This document shows, piece after piece, positions 1 to 9,535 of a stretch of 32,000 nt of DNA. The notes beneath the pieces are model-generated. The model was not told the origin of the DNA. It was given only the letters and a program-made list of their open reading frames with translations, and did no database searches. Each line of letters begins with the position of its first letter. The first letter of the stretch is position 1. The translations under genes and the position numbers were made by a program. Location: the sequence record CM123845.1; one strand, written 5' to 3'.

Positions 1-682
1 AATTCATATAGAAGCCAGAAAATCAAGGACACACACATTTGAAACCATGGATGTGGTGGGCATAGAGCACTTACACAAAGTGCGCTACAGATATACCATG
101 TACGTCGATAATATGTTATCCATACACTATCCACATATACGTATCCATACATAGGAACTAGAGATATACATACACACCCTACTGGTACCCATATACTCCA
201 GGCCACCAACGAACGAACACGCGGCATGGTATCCACACAAAGACCCCACATATCTGATACACCTATTGGCATGCCAAGAAACACGCGGTACACTTCTGGC
301 CATACATACCATACGCCCCAGAGATATACGCCAGTCATATACACCCATATACAGAGACGAGACCACATCAAAAAGGTGTGTTCATAGACATATCGTCCCG
401 GAGCCGTATAACATGTATATATATAGTACATGTATCCTAGACTCCAAACACAACCAAGATAGAGACTTATATATAAACCCGTTTGAATGTCTTCTCCAAC
501 ATCCAATACATATAACGTGGTCGTGACCGGTGCAATATATGCGTGTAGATAGGTGTAACGATAGATCCAAGCAGTACAACATGCCAGCGTCAGAGCTATA
601 CATACGTAGCATACACGATAGTACAGTTCCTGTATATAGAGTACAAAAGAAGACATAATAAATAGAGTGTCGGTCTAATAGA

Positions 683-690
683 TATAGAGA
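683..690 (+). promoter_or_regulatory. TATAGAGA motif in plus sense, upstream of rps4. A second ATAGAGA lies at 781..787.
   Basis: Exact TATAGAGA read in non-coding DNA 157 nt upstream of the rps4 ORF start. It belongs to the recurrent intergenic motif family described in the findings. Confidence 0.3.
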
Positions 691-760
691 GTATACACGA
701 GAGACATAGACAATACCTCGTATATCTCAAGGTCTACTCTATATGAGAGACATCCACATG

Positions 761-770
761 TCTCTATAGA
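761..770 (-). promoter_or_regulatory. TCTCTATAGA motif (TATAGAGA on the minus strand) pointing into the unassigned left region
   Basis: This 10-mer is identical to the one at 22899..22908 and contains the 8-bp palindrome TCTATAGA. Confidence 0.25.
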
Positions 771-846
771 CGATTCTCACATAGAGATCACCATCTCTGT
801 ATGACATGTCTATATGTACATTCGATAAAAAACGCACGCCTATACA

Positions 847-1806
847 ATGCATCATATTACTCGTCTTTTATATCATATGGCACACTGTGTTCATACACCA
901 CACACCGGGAATACATGGCCACATGATGTCACATGGACCCCAGATAGTGTGGAGTTTTTTGCGAGTATGGATACATGGCATGGTCAATTTTCACGACGTG
1001 GTGGTGAAGCACGAGGTAGTCTCTACAGTCGTATGTATACAAATATGCGTATGTTATCTACCATGTATGGTGGTCTTGGATATACAGAGTTACATCATGT
1101 GGCGCAACGAGCCCATCAATCTCATGGTGTTTGGAGTATCAATTTTATTAAACTTCTAGAACGTCGTTTAGATGTGTGTCTCTGGCGTGCTCTCTGGGCT
1201 ACATCCCCTAGTCAGGCACGTGATATGGTACGTCGTGGACATATCACAGTGAATGGTCACGTATGTACTCAAAGTAGTTATAGTGTACAACCAGGTGATG
1301 TGATTGCTATTTGTTCGCAACGTCGATCTCAATATCAACGTGATCTTGTACACACATGGTCTATCACAACATCTCCTGCTACACCATTTGTACAGCATAC
1401 ATCACAACAGCATGCCGTATCAATAGTATCAAGCATGGATGTCATGGCATACTGCACAGTACATGGAACATGTACTCGTATGTATACATCACCTCATGGA
1501 TGTCTTGCACGTCTGGATACGCACCATAACGCATCGCACCATACACCTCGAGTAGGAGATATTGATGCTGTAGCTTATGCATGTCTTACTACTATGCTTG
1601 ATGACCCAAATATGGCTCGGGTTGTATGGACACATGTACAGTCTATGGATCATACACATGAACAATCTGTGCCTGGTGCTTATGCCATGCCTCATATTGA
1701 AGTGGATTATAGCACCATGTCCATGGTCTATCTCTATGCACCTCAACGAGTTGTTTGGACAGCTCTACTTGATATGGATGTTCTCTATACCTATTTTATG
1801 TCATAA
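847..1806 (+). CDS. rps4: Ribosomal protein S4 with a large internal insertion. The start codon is uncertain.
   Basis: The ORF contains the S4 RNA-binding domain (LERRLDVCLWRALWATSPSQARDMVRRGHITVNGHVCTQSSYSVQPGDVIAI). It also has the S4 C-terminal block (PHIEVDYSTMSMVYLYAPQRVV...YF). About 110 non-conserved residues rich in His, Thr and Ser lie between them. Confidence 0.8.
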   Translation: MHHITRLLYHMAHCVHTPHTGNTWPHDVTWTPDSVEFFASMDTWHGQFSRRGGEARGSLYSRMYTNMRMLSTMYGGLGYTELHHVAQRAHQSHGVWSINFIKLLERRLDVCLWRALWATSPSQARDMVRRGHITVNGHVCTQSSYSVQPGDVIAICSQRRSQYQRDLVHTWSITTSPATPFVQHTSQQHAVSIVSSMDVMAYCTVHGTCTRMYTSPHGCLARLDTHHNASHHTPRVGDIDAVAYACLTTMLDDPNMARVVWTHVQSMDHTHEQSVPGAYAMPHIEVDYSTMSMVYLYAPQRVVWTALLDMDVLYTYFMS

Positions 1807-1834
1807 ACATCAACATCTATTGATGTAAACTTTG

Positions 1835-1855
1835 ATAGAGACATCTATAGATGTC
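1835..1855 (+). promoter_or_regulatory. ATAGAGA motif overlapping a perfect 16-bp palindrome (GACATCTATAGATGTC), upstream of rps12
   Basis: ATAGAGA lies at 1835..1841. The palindrome at 1840..1855 is centred on TCTATAGA. Both lie 27-47 nt upstream of the rps12 ATG. Confidence 0.35.
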
Positions 1856-1881
1856 ATATCCCAAAAAATATTGTGTTGTTC

Positions 1882-2262
1882 ATGCCTACACGAATGCAAC
1901 TTATGAAACACGCAACGCGTCGTCGAAGCCCACATCGTCGCCGCCGTGCTCCCGCACTTGGCGCTGCACCTCAAAAACGAGGTGTATGTTTTCGTGTGTA
2001 TACACGTACACCAAAAAAACCAAATAGTGCTTTACGAAAAGTTGCAAAAATTCGTTTAAGTTCCGGTATTGAAGTTATTGCGTATATCCCTGGAGAAGGT
2101 CATACACTTCAAGAGCATTCTGTTGTTACAATTCGTGGTGGTCGTGTGAAGGATTTACCCGGAGTAAAATACCGAGTCTGTCGTGGTGTCTTGGATCTTG
2201 GTGGCGTGCAAGGACGTCGCACAGCACGATCAAAATATGGAACACCACGACCTCGTGACTAA
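1882..2262 (+). CDS. rps12: Ribosomal protein S12
   Basis: The product reads MPTRMQL...[59 protein letters not shown], a very conserved S12 sequence. The ATG at 1882 is preferred over the GTG at 1873 used by the ORF track. Confidence 0.95.
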   Translation: MPTRMQLMKHATRRRSPHRRRRAPALGAAPQKRGVCFRVYTRTPKKPNSALRKVAKIRLSSGIEVIAYIPGEGHTLQEHSVVTIRGGRVKDLPGVKYRVCRGVLDLGGVQGRRTARSKYGTPRPRD

Positions 2263-2288
2263 CACCACGACCTCGTGACTAACACCAC
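2241..2288. repeat. Tandem duplication of a 20-bp unit, 2.4 copies (AACACCACGACCTCGTGACT)
   Basis: Identical units occur at 2241..2260 and 2261..2280, with a partial copy at 2281..2288. The first unit encodes the last rps12 codons, and the TAA stop (2260..2262) spans its junction with the second unit. Confidence 0.95.
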
Positions 2289-2303
2289 ACTAGTGTATCG
2301 AGT

Positions 2304-2855
2304 ATGAGTATCTATTCCAACGTGACACACTGTATACACCTACCTCTAGTGTTGTATAGGTATAGTATGTACAACCCTATGACTTTTTTACGACAACAAT
2401 CTGTATTTATGACTTCTGTAGATATGTCTTCCTATATGGAAATTCGACGTATGTGTTTGTCACTTCTTACACGAAGTGGGCATACATGTCGTGCTCAACG
2501 AGTGTGGAATCAAGCTATAACACATATTTCCCATGATCATGCTCATGTTCAACACGTGGTGTGTCAAGCTCTGGATATGTGCGCTCCAATTGTAAGTTAT
2601 CGTCGTGTTCGTGTGGCAGGTACATCGCTTCAAGTACCAAAATTGCTCACATCACATCAAGCACGTGCTCAAGGATTACGATGGATTCTTGAAGCCGCAC
2701 ATCGTCGTCATGGGTATGAGTATGGCATGTGTCTTGGTGATGAATTCGTGGATGCTGCTCGTGGTCAAGGTTGGGCCGTGCAACAACGATATGAAATGCA
2801 TCGTATTGCTGAAGCAAATCGTGCCTATACTCGATATCAATGGTGGACATTATAA
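2304..2855 (+). CDS. rps7: Ribosomal protein S7. The N-terminus and start codon are uncertain.
   Basis: The C-terminal half matches S7: RRVRVAGTSLQVPKLL...RWILEAA...EFVDAARGQGWAVQQRYEMHRIAEANRAYTRYQWW. It follows rps12, as in the bacterial str operon. Confidence 0.8.
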   Translation: MSIYSNVTHCIHLPLVLYRYSMYNPMTFLRQQSVFMTSVDMSSYMEIRRMCLSLLTRSGHTCRAQRVWNQAITHISHDHAHVQHVVCQALDMCAPIVSYRRVRVAGTSLQVPKLLTSHQARAQGLRWILEAAHRRHGYEYGMCLGDEFVDAARGQGWAVQQRYEMHRIAEANRAYTRYQWWTL

Positions 2856-2894
2856 CGTATGTGTGATCTCCATGAGCATACACTGTCCTATACT

Positions 2895-2965
2895 GGTCGG
2901 GTAACATAATGGTAATGTGTGGGATTGCAAATCCTACAATGGCAGTTCAAGTCTGCCCTCGACCT
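2895..2965 (+). tRNA. trnC: tRNA-Cys (GCA)
   Basis: A hand-folded cloverleaf. The acceptor is GGTCGGG/CTCGACC, the anticodon loop is TTGCAAA, and the T arm is GGCAG-TTCAAGT-CTGCC. Length is 71 nt. Confidence 0.85.
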
Positions 2966-3017
2966 ATTTTCTCTGTGTCTCATGGTGATATTTTATAAAT
3001 AACAACAAGATGTATCT

Positions 3018-4535
3018 ATGAACCTCGTATATGCCAACTGTATTTCTATGGTATTTGACGTGGATCTTCCACTTCTTATTCCATTTCTTTATTGTAGTGT
3101 TGCCACACTGGGTATTCTGGTGTATGGTGTGTATTACTCTACAAACGCCCATCGACATGCCCCAGTACTGATGTCTACAGTCACCTATATGGCTTTATGG
3201 ATCTTGGCATTAACAGGTGTATTACTCTATAATGCACCAGATATTTCTGCGACAGTCCTATATCATACTCAGAGTATGGATAGTGTCTCCACAACACTTC
3301 AAATGGCCATTGTGTGTACAACCATGGTATCTCTCTGGTGTGGTGTGGGATATTGTATTCGATCTCGCCTCAATAGTTATGAATATGTTGTGCTTATTTT
3401 GTTGGCGACTCAAGGTATGATGTTATTGGTGTCGAGTCAAGATTTATTGTCCCTCTACCTTGCTATTGAACTGCAGAGTTTATGTTTTTATGTATTAGCA
3501 GCATATGCACGACATTCGGAATTCGCTGTCGAAGCAGGTTTAAAATACTTTGTATTAGGTGCTCTTTCGAGTGGTTTATTACTTCTTGGAGCAAGTCTTA
3601 TGTACGGAGCAACAGGAACCACAAACTTTATGGATATGGCTCAGTTATATGCTGGTGGTACTGGTACAGCACTGATTACAACCCAAGGAATGCCTACATG
3701 TGAATTAGGACTTTTATTAGTGATTACTGGATTGCTTTTTAAACTCGCTGCAGCACCTTTTCATATGTGGTCTCCTGATGTGTATGAAGGAGCGCCGACA
3801 AGTGTCACAGCATATTTTATGATGGTCCCAAAAATTGCGTTTATGGGAGCTCTTGTTCGTGTGCTCTATGGTGCATGTTATGACTTTATGGAGACGTGGC
3901 AAACTGCAATTGTGATTGCCAGTGCTGTTTCCATGATTGTTGGTGCCTTTGCCGCTCTTGTACAAACACGACTGAAACGACTTCTTGCATTAAGTAGTGT
4001 TGGTCATGTGGGCTTTATGTTGGCCGCCTTAAGTACAGGTACTCCTGAAGGTGTGCAAGCCATGTTTCTCTATTTATTTGTATACACATGTATGAATATC
4101 ACCATGTTTACATATATTCTTGGGAATCATCAAGGTGGACAAAGTCCACGCCTTGTCACAGATCTTACAGGTATTGGTGCAACACAGCCATTGGTTGCCC
4201 TTACCTTATGCGTGGTGTGGTTTAGCATGGCTGGTATTCCACCACTCGCAGGATTTTATAGCAAAGCTATGGTATTTTATAGTGCCGTTGCGGGACATAT
4301 GAATAGTCTTGCTGTATTAGGGGTGTTAACCAGTGTGGTGAGTTGTTTTTATTATATTCGTGTGATTAAAGTCATGTATTTTGAAACCTCATCTACATGG
4401 CCTGAAGCACCTCGTATGAGTTATGTTTCAGCATGTATTCAAGCATGCAGTGTTGTTGTCCTGGTATGTTTAATGATGTATCCAGCCCCTATTGAAAGTC
4501 TGGCACAACGTCTTGCTCTATGTGTGTGTGCCTAA
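3018..4535 (+). CDS. nad2: NADH dehydrogenase subunit 2
   Basis: A 505-aa polytopic membrane protein with the typical ND2 core (LAIELQSLCFYVLAA...KYFVLGALSSG...LLFKLAAAPFHMWSPDVYEGAPT...GIPPLAGFYSK). Confidence 0.92.
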   Translation: MNLVYANCISMVFDVDLPLLIPFLYCSVATLGILVYGVYYSTNAHRHAPVLMSTVTYMALWILALTGVLLYNAPDISATVLYHTQSMDSVSTTLQMAIVCTTMVSLWCGVGYCIRSRLNSYEYVVLILLATQGMMLLVSSQDLLSLYLAIELQSLCFYVLAAYARHSEFAVEAGLKYFVLGALSSGLLLLGASLMYGATGTTNFMDMAQLYAGGTGTALITTQGMPTCELGLLLVITGLLFKLAAAPFHMWSPDVYEGAPTSVTAYFMMVPKIAFMGALVRVLYGACYDFMETWQTAIVIASAVSMIVGAFAALVQTRLKRLLALSSVGHVGFMLAALSTGTPEGVQAMFLYLFVYTCMNITMFTYILGNHQGGQSPRLVTDLTGIGATQPLVALTLCVVWFSMAGIPPLAGFYSKAMVFYSAVAGHMNSLAVLGVLTSVVSCFYYIRVIKVMYFETSSTWPEAPRMSYVSACIQACSVVVLVCLMMYPAPIESLAQRLALCVCA

Positions 4536-4565
4536 CACACCTAGAAAGACAACCATAGGTCAAAG

Positions 4566-4573
4566 TCTATAGA
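4566..4573. promoter_or_regulatory. TCTATAGA palindrome 20 nt upstream of rps10
   Basis: An exact 8-bp palindrome in the nad2-rps10 spacer. Confidence 0.25.
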
Positions 4574-4592
4574 AAAAAACACGAGCACTCTC

Positions 4593-4937
4593 ATGTATCA
4601 TGTGCATCTTAAACTAACTGGATATACATGGACACATGTAGCACAAGCTGCTATGTGGTGTTACCATGTTGCTACCATGTGTCATGCACAAAATAGGCAT
4701 ATGGGTCCTGGCCCACAACGTCGATCTCTGTGTACGGTATTACGGTCTCCCCATGTCAATAAGAAATCTCGTGAACAATTTATGGAACGTACCCATACAC
4801 GTTTTGTATATGCAACGTATACACCATCCATGGCCTATGTGTTTATGGCTCTTGTAGAACGTGCCCATATTCCAGGAATTGAAATGACGTGTCAACTGAC
4901 TCGTCCAGGAACCCTGGATTTTATTGTTTATATTTAA
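4593..4937 (+). CDS. rps10: Ribosomal protein S10
   Basis: Contains the S10 signature [26 protein letters not shown] and the downstream ...[11 protein letters not shown]. Confidence 0.8.
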   Translation: MYHVHLKLTGYTWTHVAQAAMWCYHVATMCHAQNRHMGPGPQRRSLCTVLRSPHVNKKSREQFMERTHTRFVYATYTPSMAYVFMALVERAHIPGIEMTCQLTRPGTLDFIVYI

Positions 4938-4977
4938 AATAAAACCACAAGTAGAGTAACTCACGGTGTTTCAATTG

Positions 4978-6174
4978 TTATCGATCAACTTCACCAAATA
5001 CAATATCTTGTGTTCCAATCATGGTAACCACATCAGCAAGCATGTGTCCACGTGCCATAAAATCAATTCCTTGAAGATGTGCAAACCCTGGTGCACGAAT
5101 TTTGCATCGATAGGGGCGATGAGTTCCATTACTTACCAGATACACTCCAAATTCTCCTTTGGGTGCTTCCACTGGCACATAGGTTTGACCTGCTGGAACA
5201 ACAACACCTTCTGTATAATATTTAAAGTGATGAATGAGGGCTTCCATAGATTGTTTCATATCACCGCGACTTGGAGGCGTAATCTTGCGATCATCAACAC
5301 GAACTGGTCCTGTAGGCATAGTATGTAAACACTGAGCAATAATACGCAGACTTTCACGCATTTCTTCCATACGGATAAGATAGCGATCATAACAGTCACC
5401 ACGGGTTCCAACAGGCACAGAAAACTCCATATCCCCATAAACATCATAGGGTTCTGTTTTACGAATATCCCAGGCAACACCACTACCACGTAACATAACA
5501 CCGGAAAAACCCCAATCAAGGGCTTGATCTCGTGTCACACGACCGACATCCACAAGACGTTGTTTCCAAATACGATTTCCAGTTAACATTTCTTCCATTT
5601 CATCAATACGAGATGCAAATTGACGGGCAAAGGCATGAATATCTTGACTTAATCCCATGGGAAGATCTTGTGCAACACCACCTGGACGAATATACGCCGC
5701 ATGCATACGAGCACCGCTCACGCGTTCGTAAAATTCCATGAGCTTTTCACGCTCTTCAAAGGCCCATAAAAATGGGGTTAAAGCGCCAACATCCATGGCA
5801 TGACATGTGAGTGCTAACAGATGATTTAAAAGACGAGTAAGTTCACTATAGAGCACACGAATATATTGTGCTCGGTGTGGTACGGAAACGCCCAATAAAC
5901 GCTCCACCGCCAGAGAGTAGGCGTGTTCTTGACACATCATAGAGACATAGTCTAGACGATCAAAATAGGGCAGAGCTTGGAGATAATTTTTATATTCCAC
6001 AAGTTTCTCCGTACCTCGGTGCAAGAGTCCAATGTGAGGGTCTGCACGCTCTACCACTTCACCTTGCATTTCCAAAACCAAACGAAGCACGCCGTGGGCC
6101 GCTGGATGTTGTGGACCAAAATTCAGGGTAAAGTGTTTTACACGCTGGGGTGTAAGCGCTTGTTCAATAGCCAT
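4978..6174 (-). CDS. nad7: NADH dehydrogenase subunit 7 (49 kDa subunit)
   Basis: [41 protein letters not shown] ... [13 protein letters not shown] is highly conserved. The ATG at 6174 is preferred over the GTG at 6183. Confidence 0.95.
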   Translation of the reverse strand: MAIEQALTPQRVKHFTLNFGPQHPAAHGVLRLVLEMQGEVVERADPHIGLLHRGTEKLVEYKNYLQALPYFDRLDYVSMMCQEHAYSLAVERLLGVSVPHRAQYIRVLYSELTRLLNHLLALTCHAMDVGALTPFLWAFEEREKLMEFYERVSGARMHAAYIRPGGVAQDLPMGLSQDIHAFARQFASRIDEMEEMLTGNRIWKQRLVDVGRVTRDQALDWGFSGVMLRGSGVAWDIRKTEPYDVYGDMEFSVPVGTRGDCYDRYLIRMEEMRESLRIIAQCLHTMPTGPVRVDDRKITPPSRGDMKQSMEALIHHFKYYTEGVVVPAGQTYVPVEAPKGEFGVYLVSNGTHRPYRCKIRAPGFAHLQGIDFMARGHMLADVVTMIGTQDIVFGEVDR

Positions 6175-6198
6175 ATCACACACGTTGTTTTATAGGTA

Positions 6199-6990
6199 CT
6201 AGGCACCACCCCAGTAATAGATACACACAAATAAAAATAACCATACGACATCTACCATATGCCAGTACCATGCAGCAGATTCAAACCCTACATGATGACC
6301 TGGACTATAGTGACCACGAGCAAGACGATAGAGACACACTGTTAAAAAGAGTGTTCCAATCATGACATGAAATCCATGGAACCCTGTTGCAAGATAAAAG
6401 GTTGAACCATAAATACCATCACTAATAGTAAAAGGGGCTTCCATGTATTCATAAGCCTGGAAGCCCGTAAAAATAGCTGCTAAAATCACAGTAGCACCAA
6501 GAGCATACACACCTTCACGTTGATGACCAGCTAAAATGGCATGATGAGCCCATGTCACACTGGCACCGCTTGTCAGCAGTAACATGGTGTTTAATAGGGG
6601 AATATCCCACGGGTTCACAGCCTCAATACCCTTTGGCGGCCATACACATCCAATATCTACTGTTGGTGATAGACTTGAGTGAAAAAATGCCCAAAAAAAT
6701 GCGACAAAAAACATAATTTCAGACACAATAAAGAGTAACATTCCATATCGCAGTCCTGTTTGTACTTCTTGAGTATGATGTCCCTGAAAACTTGCTTCAC
6801 GAATAACATCACGCCACCATACAATCATAGCATAGAGTACCATGCTAAAACCAAGACTCAATACAAGACCTCCATGTTCATAACTGTGCATATACATAAC
6901 ACCACCACATGTCATAACCAATGCTGCAAAACTGGCAAAAATTGGCCATGGACTGGGATCTACAAGATGAAATGGATGTTTTGATGACAT
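6199..6990 (-). CDS. cox3: Cytochrome c oxidase subunit 3
   Basis: [16 protein letters not shown]... is a typical COX3 start. The ORF-track N-terminal extension (6991..7059) was discarded. Confidence 0.93.
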   Translation of the reverse strand: MSSKHPFHLVDPSPWPIFASFAALVMTCGGVMYMHSYEHGGLVLSLGFSMVLYAMIVWWRDVIREASFQGHHTQEVQTGLRYGMLLFIVSEIMFFVAFFWAFFHSSLSPTVDIGCVWPPKGIEAVNPWDIPLLNTMLLLTSGASVTWAHHAILAGHQREGVYALGATVILAAIFTGFQAYEYMEAPFTISDGIYGSTFYLATGFHGFHVMIGTLFLTVCLYRLARGHYSPGHHVGFESAAWYWHMVDVVWLFLFVCIYYWGGA

Positions 6991-7077
6991 ACATTGTCTA
7001 TTTTTTAGATCACTATCTCTTTGTATACCTTGAGGTTTGAAATAGTAGACACAATACAAGTATTGGATACAACACGT

Positions 7078-7857
7078 CTAGATGTCCTCTAAACGTTCAG
7101 CAATCCAATCCACATAGTTTTCTAAAGGCACTGCCTCCACCACAATAGGCATAAAGCCATGGTTGACACCGCAAAGTTCACTACATTGACCATAAAACAC
7201 ACCTTCACGACGAATATAGACAGGAACTTGGTTGAGACGACCAGGGACAGCATCACATTTCACACCAAGGCTTGGTACAGCCCAACTATGTAGTACATCG
7301 GCAGCAGTAATAACCACACGTACATGGGTATGTACTGGTACAACCATACGATTATCCACTTCTAAAAGTCGAAGTTGTCCTAGTTCCAATTCATCATCGG
7401 GAATCATATAACTATCAAATTGAATACTGTCTTCGTCACCTTCTGCATAGTCACTATACTCATAGGTCCAATACCACTGATGGCCAATGGCTTTTACAGT
7501 GACTGCGGGATCCACAACCTCATCAAGACTATAGAGCAATGCAAAACTTGGCACCGCAATCATAACAAGAATTAAACTGGGTGTCACTGTCCATAGTACT
7601 TCAATAAGTGTACCATGAATAATTTTTTGTGGAAGTGGATTACGTGATGCACGAAAGTGATACAGAGTACGTGCTAGCATCCATGTCACAAATACAGCCA
7701 CAAAGATAACAAAAAACATAAGATCATGGTGTAAATCCATAATACCTTGGGCAATGGGTGTAGCAGGGTCTTGAAAACCCATTTGCCATGGTTCAGGCGC
7801 ATCCATACGTGCATACACCGGCATACAGAGACCCAGTACAAACATTTTTAGAGCCAT
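7078..7857 (-). CDS. cox2: Cytochrome c oxidase subunit 2
   Basis: The N-terminus [10 protein letters not shown]...[16 protein letters not shown] and the CuA motif [13 protein letters not shown] are both present. The ORF-track extension overlaps trnI and was trimmed to the ATG at 7857. Confidence 0.92.
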   Translation of the reverse strand: MALKMFVLGLCMPVYARMDAPEPWQMGFQDPATPIAQGIMDLHHDLMFFVIFVAVFVTWMLARTLYHFRASRNPLPQKIIHGTLIEVLWTVTPSLILVMIAVPSFALLYSLDEVVDPAVTVKAIGHQWYWTYEYSDYAEGDEDSIQFDSYMIPDDELELGQLRLLEVDNRMVVPVHTHVRVVITAADVLHSWAVPSLGVKCDAVPGRLNQVPVYIRREGVFYGQCSELCGVNHGFMPIVVEAVPLENYVDWIAERLEDI

Positions 7858-7938
7858 ACAGAATTGGAATATTTTTTGATATACATAGTATGTGGATACC
7901 ATATACATATATATATCATGAATAGCATCAACAATATT

Positions 7939-8012
7939 TGAGCAAGAAGGGACTTGAACCCCCGACATCACGCTTATCAAGCGTGTACTCTAACCAACTG
8001 AGTTACTTGCTC
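7939..8012 (-). tRNA. trnI: tRNA-Ile (GAU)
   Basis: A cloverleaf on the minus strand. The acceptor is GAGCAAG/CTTGCTC, the anticodon loop is TTGATAA, and the T loop is TTCAAGT. Length is 74 nt. Confidence 0.85.
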
Positions 8013-8025
8013 CACATATGTGTAG

Positions 8026-8032
8026 TATAGAG
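8026..8032 (+). promoter_or_regulatory. TATAGAG motif in plus sense, upstream of trnY-atp8-atp4
   Basis: Lies in the divergent spacer 8013..8137 and is paired with an oppositely oriented copy at 8065..8072. Confidence 0.3.
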
Positions 8033-8064
8033 GTCTATGAGATACTTACAGCAGTGTGGAGCTG

Positions 8065-8072
8065 TCTCTATA
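8065..8072 (-). promoter_or_regulatory. TATAGAGA motif in minus sense, 53 nt upstream of trnI-cox2-cox3-nad7
   Basis: The plus strand reads TCTCTATA. It sits in the divergent spacer. Confidence 0.3.
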
Positions 8073-8137
8073 TAACATACAGATCTCTGTGTATTTTATA
8101 TAGATGTGCATGTGGATGTGTGCATTCTATATGTGCT

Positions 8138-8220
8138 GGGAGAGTGGCTGAGTGGCTAAAGGCGACGGACTGTAACTCCGTTGACGGTAGTCTACGCAGG
8201 TTCGAATCCTGCCTCTCCCA
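8138..8220 (+). tRNA. trnY: tRNA-Tyr (GUA) with a long variable arm
   Basis: The acceptor is GGGAGAG/CTCTCCC, the anticodon loop is CTGTAAC, and the T arm is GCAGG-TTCGAAT-CCTGC. Length is 83 nt. Confidence 0.88.
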
Positions 8221-8275
8221 GAGACTCTATATCTATAGAAATCTATGGATATGGACTGATAAAATCGAGATATTT

Positions 8276-8734
8276 ATGCCACAACTTGATCATGTGACCT
8301 ATCTTTCACAATATTTTTGGCTATGTGTTTTTTATGGTGGTCTTTACTACGGTGCAACAAAGTATTGGTTACCTCGTGTAAGTCGTATTATGGCGTATCG
8401 TCAAGCACGTATTCAACATATGCAGCACCACGCCGGCGACTCCAGTGAAGAAGTACAGCATGTAGAGCATAGTGTTCATGGTGTATTAAGCCAAGCTCAT
8501 CATGAAGCTCGTAGTGCCATGCACACGGCTCAAACCCAAGCACAAACATGGACTCATGCCACACGTCGTGATATTATGACCCATCACTATGGTGGTGCCG
8601 ATGCTGCATATATGCGACACATGGCACAACAGGTAGTTAGCCAGGAATGTGCCTATTATCATGCCCTCACACAAGCTCCTCTGTCCCTACGTGTAGCGTA
8701 TATGGTACGCGCTATTCGTGAGGCTCGTGGATAA
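8276..8734 (+). CDS. atp8: ATP synthase F0 subunit 8 (orfB/ymf19 type) with a long C-terminal tail
   Basis: The N-terminus MPQLDHVTYLSQYFWLCVFYGG is the typical plant/protist-type ATP8 start. The remaining approximately 110 residues are hydrophilic, rich in His, Ala and Gln, and not conserved. Confidence 0.8.
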   Translation: MPQLDHVTYLSQYFWLCVFYGGLYYGATKYWLPRVSRIMAYRQARIQHMQHHAGDSSEEVQHVEHSVHGVLSQAHHEARSAMHTAQTQAQTWTHATRRDIMTHHYGGADAAYMRHMAQQVVSQECAYYHALTQAPLSLRVAYMVRAIREARG

Positions 8735-8754
8735 CATTGGAAAACATAATATAC

Positions 8755-9300
8755 ATGGTTCGCACTCGTGATGTACGCTGGTATGTAGCAGCATTTTTGC
8801 TATGGTGTGTCTGTAGCAGTAAACATATTTTCATCTATAATGAAGAAACTCTTGTAGCTCTGAGTTTTTTTCTATTTGTCTATCTTGTGTATACCTATGC
8901 TGGCGACAGTATTGGTGCTAGTATGGATAGTCGTGGACACGATATTGCTCAAGAAATGGAACAGTCCCTTGTAACACGTGAACAAGCACTTCAATCTCTG
9001 ATTCATGTGCATACATCAACCACACATGTAGGAGCATCTATGGCCACATTAGCGCATACAGTGCAACATAATGTCGCTGGCTATGCTCAAGCATGTACGG
9101 ATATGGTTCGCCAAGATGTATGTCGTGGTATTCATCAACGATGTGCCTATATGCATCATATGTCGGCTGGACAAACATCTCGCATGGTTCAACAGGTTGC
9201 CATGGGAATTCCAGCTCTGGTGATGTTAGAACATGGTATCTATGATTCTGGCGTATCTTCTGACGTGATTCACAAAGCTCTCGAGGCTCTTTCAGACTAG
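8755..9300 (+). CDS. atp4: ATP synthase F0 subunit b-like (atp4/ymf39)
   Basis: It has one N-terminal TM helix followed by IFIYNEETLVALSFFLFVYLVY and then a long charged helix. It directly follows atp8. The start is taken as the ATG at 8755; the track uses the TTG at 8737. Confidence 0.65.
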   Translation: MVRTRDVRWYVAAFLLWCVCSSKHIFIYNEETLVALSFFLFVYLVYTYAGDSIGASMDSRGHDIAQEMEQSLVTREQALQSLIHVHTSTTHVGASMATLAHTVQHNVAGYAQACTDMVRQDVCRGIHQRCAYMHHMSAGQTSRMVQQVAMGIPALVMLEHGIYDSGVSSDVIHKALEALSD

Positions 9301-9318
9301 ACGTCTACTCATGTGTTT

Positions 9319-9401
9319 GCTCACTTGGTGGAATTGGCTATACACGACAGACTTAAAATCTGTTCCCATATGGGATACCGGTTCAAGTCCGGTAGTGAGC
9401 A
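9319..9401 (+). tRNA. trnL: tRNA-Leu (UAA)
   Basis: The acceptor is GCTCACT/AGTGAGC and the anticodon loop is CTTAAAA. It has a long variable arm. Length is 83 nt. Confidence 0.88.
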
Positions 9402-9415
9402 CGTGAATGTGTCGA

Positions 9416-9489
9416 GCACTCTTAGCTCAGATGGCTAGAGCGCCAACCTTCTAAGTTGAGGGTCGCAGGTTCAAATCCTGCAGAGTGCA
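9416..9489 (+). tRNA. trnR: tRNA-Arg (UCU)
   Basis: The acceptor is GCACTCT/AGAGTGC, the anticodon loop is CTTCTAA, and the T arm is GCAGG-TTCAAAT-CCTGC. Length is 74 nt. Confidence 0.85.
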
Positions 9490-9535
9490 TAGTAGACAAT
9501 GCGTGTACAGGTGTGTAAAAACCATAATAGTAATA

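Noticed and set aside
160-329. The 10-mer AGAGATATAC is repeated exactly 160 nt apart (160..169 and 320..329)
   Set aside because: 10-mer matches are expected by chance in large numbers. The flanking similarity is weak.
127-612. Two minus-strand ORFs (79 and 76 aa) plus a plus-strand ORF at 266..526, in the left unassigned region
   Set aside because: I can recognise no similarity to any mitochondrial protein. The ORFs are not hydrophobic. In the 127..366 ORF that I checked, Arg codon usage (about half AGA/AGG) differs from genuine genes. ORFs of this size arise readily in this composition. I kept the region as a finding rather than calling genes.
7858-7980. N-terminal extensions in the ORF track for cox2, cox3 (6991..7059), nad5 (9485..9535), atp6 (29346..29411), cob (29029..29052) and the 8018..8275 part of the atp8 ORF
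   Set aside because: The extensions overlap tRNA genes or use GTG/TTG starts. They precede Met residues that line up with canonical N-termini (MALKMF.., [35 protein letters not shown]).
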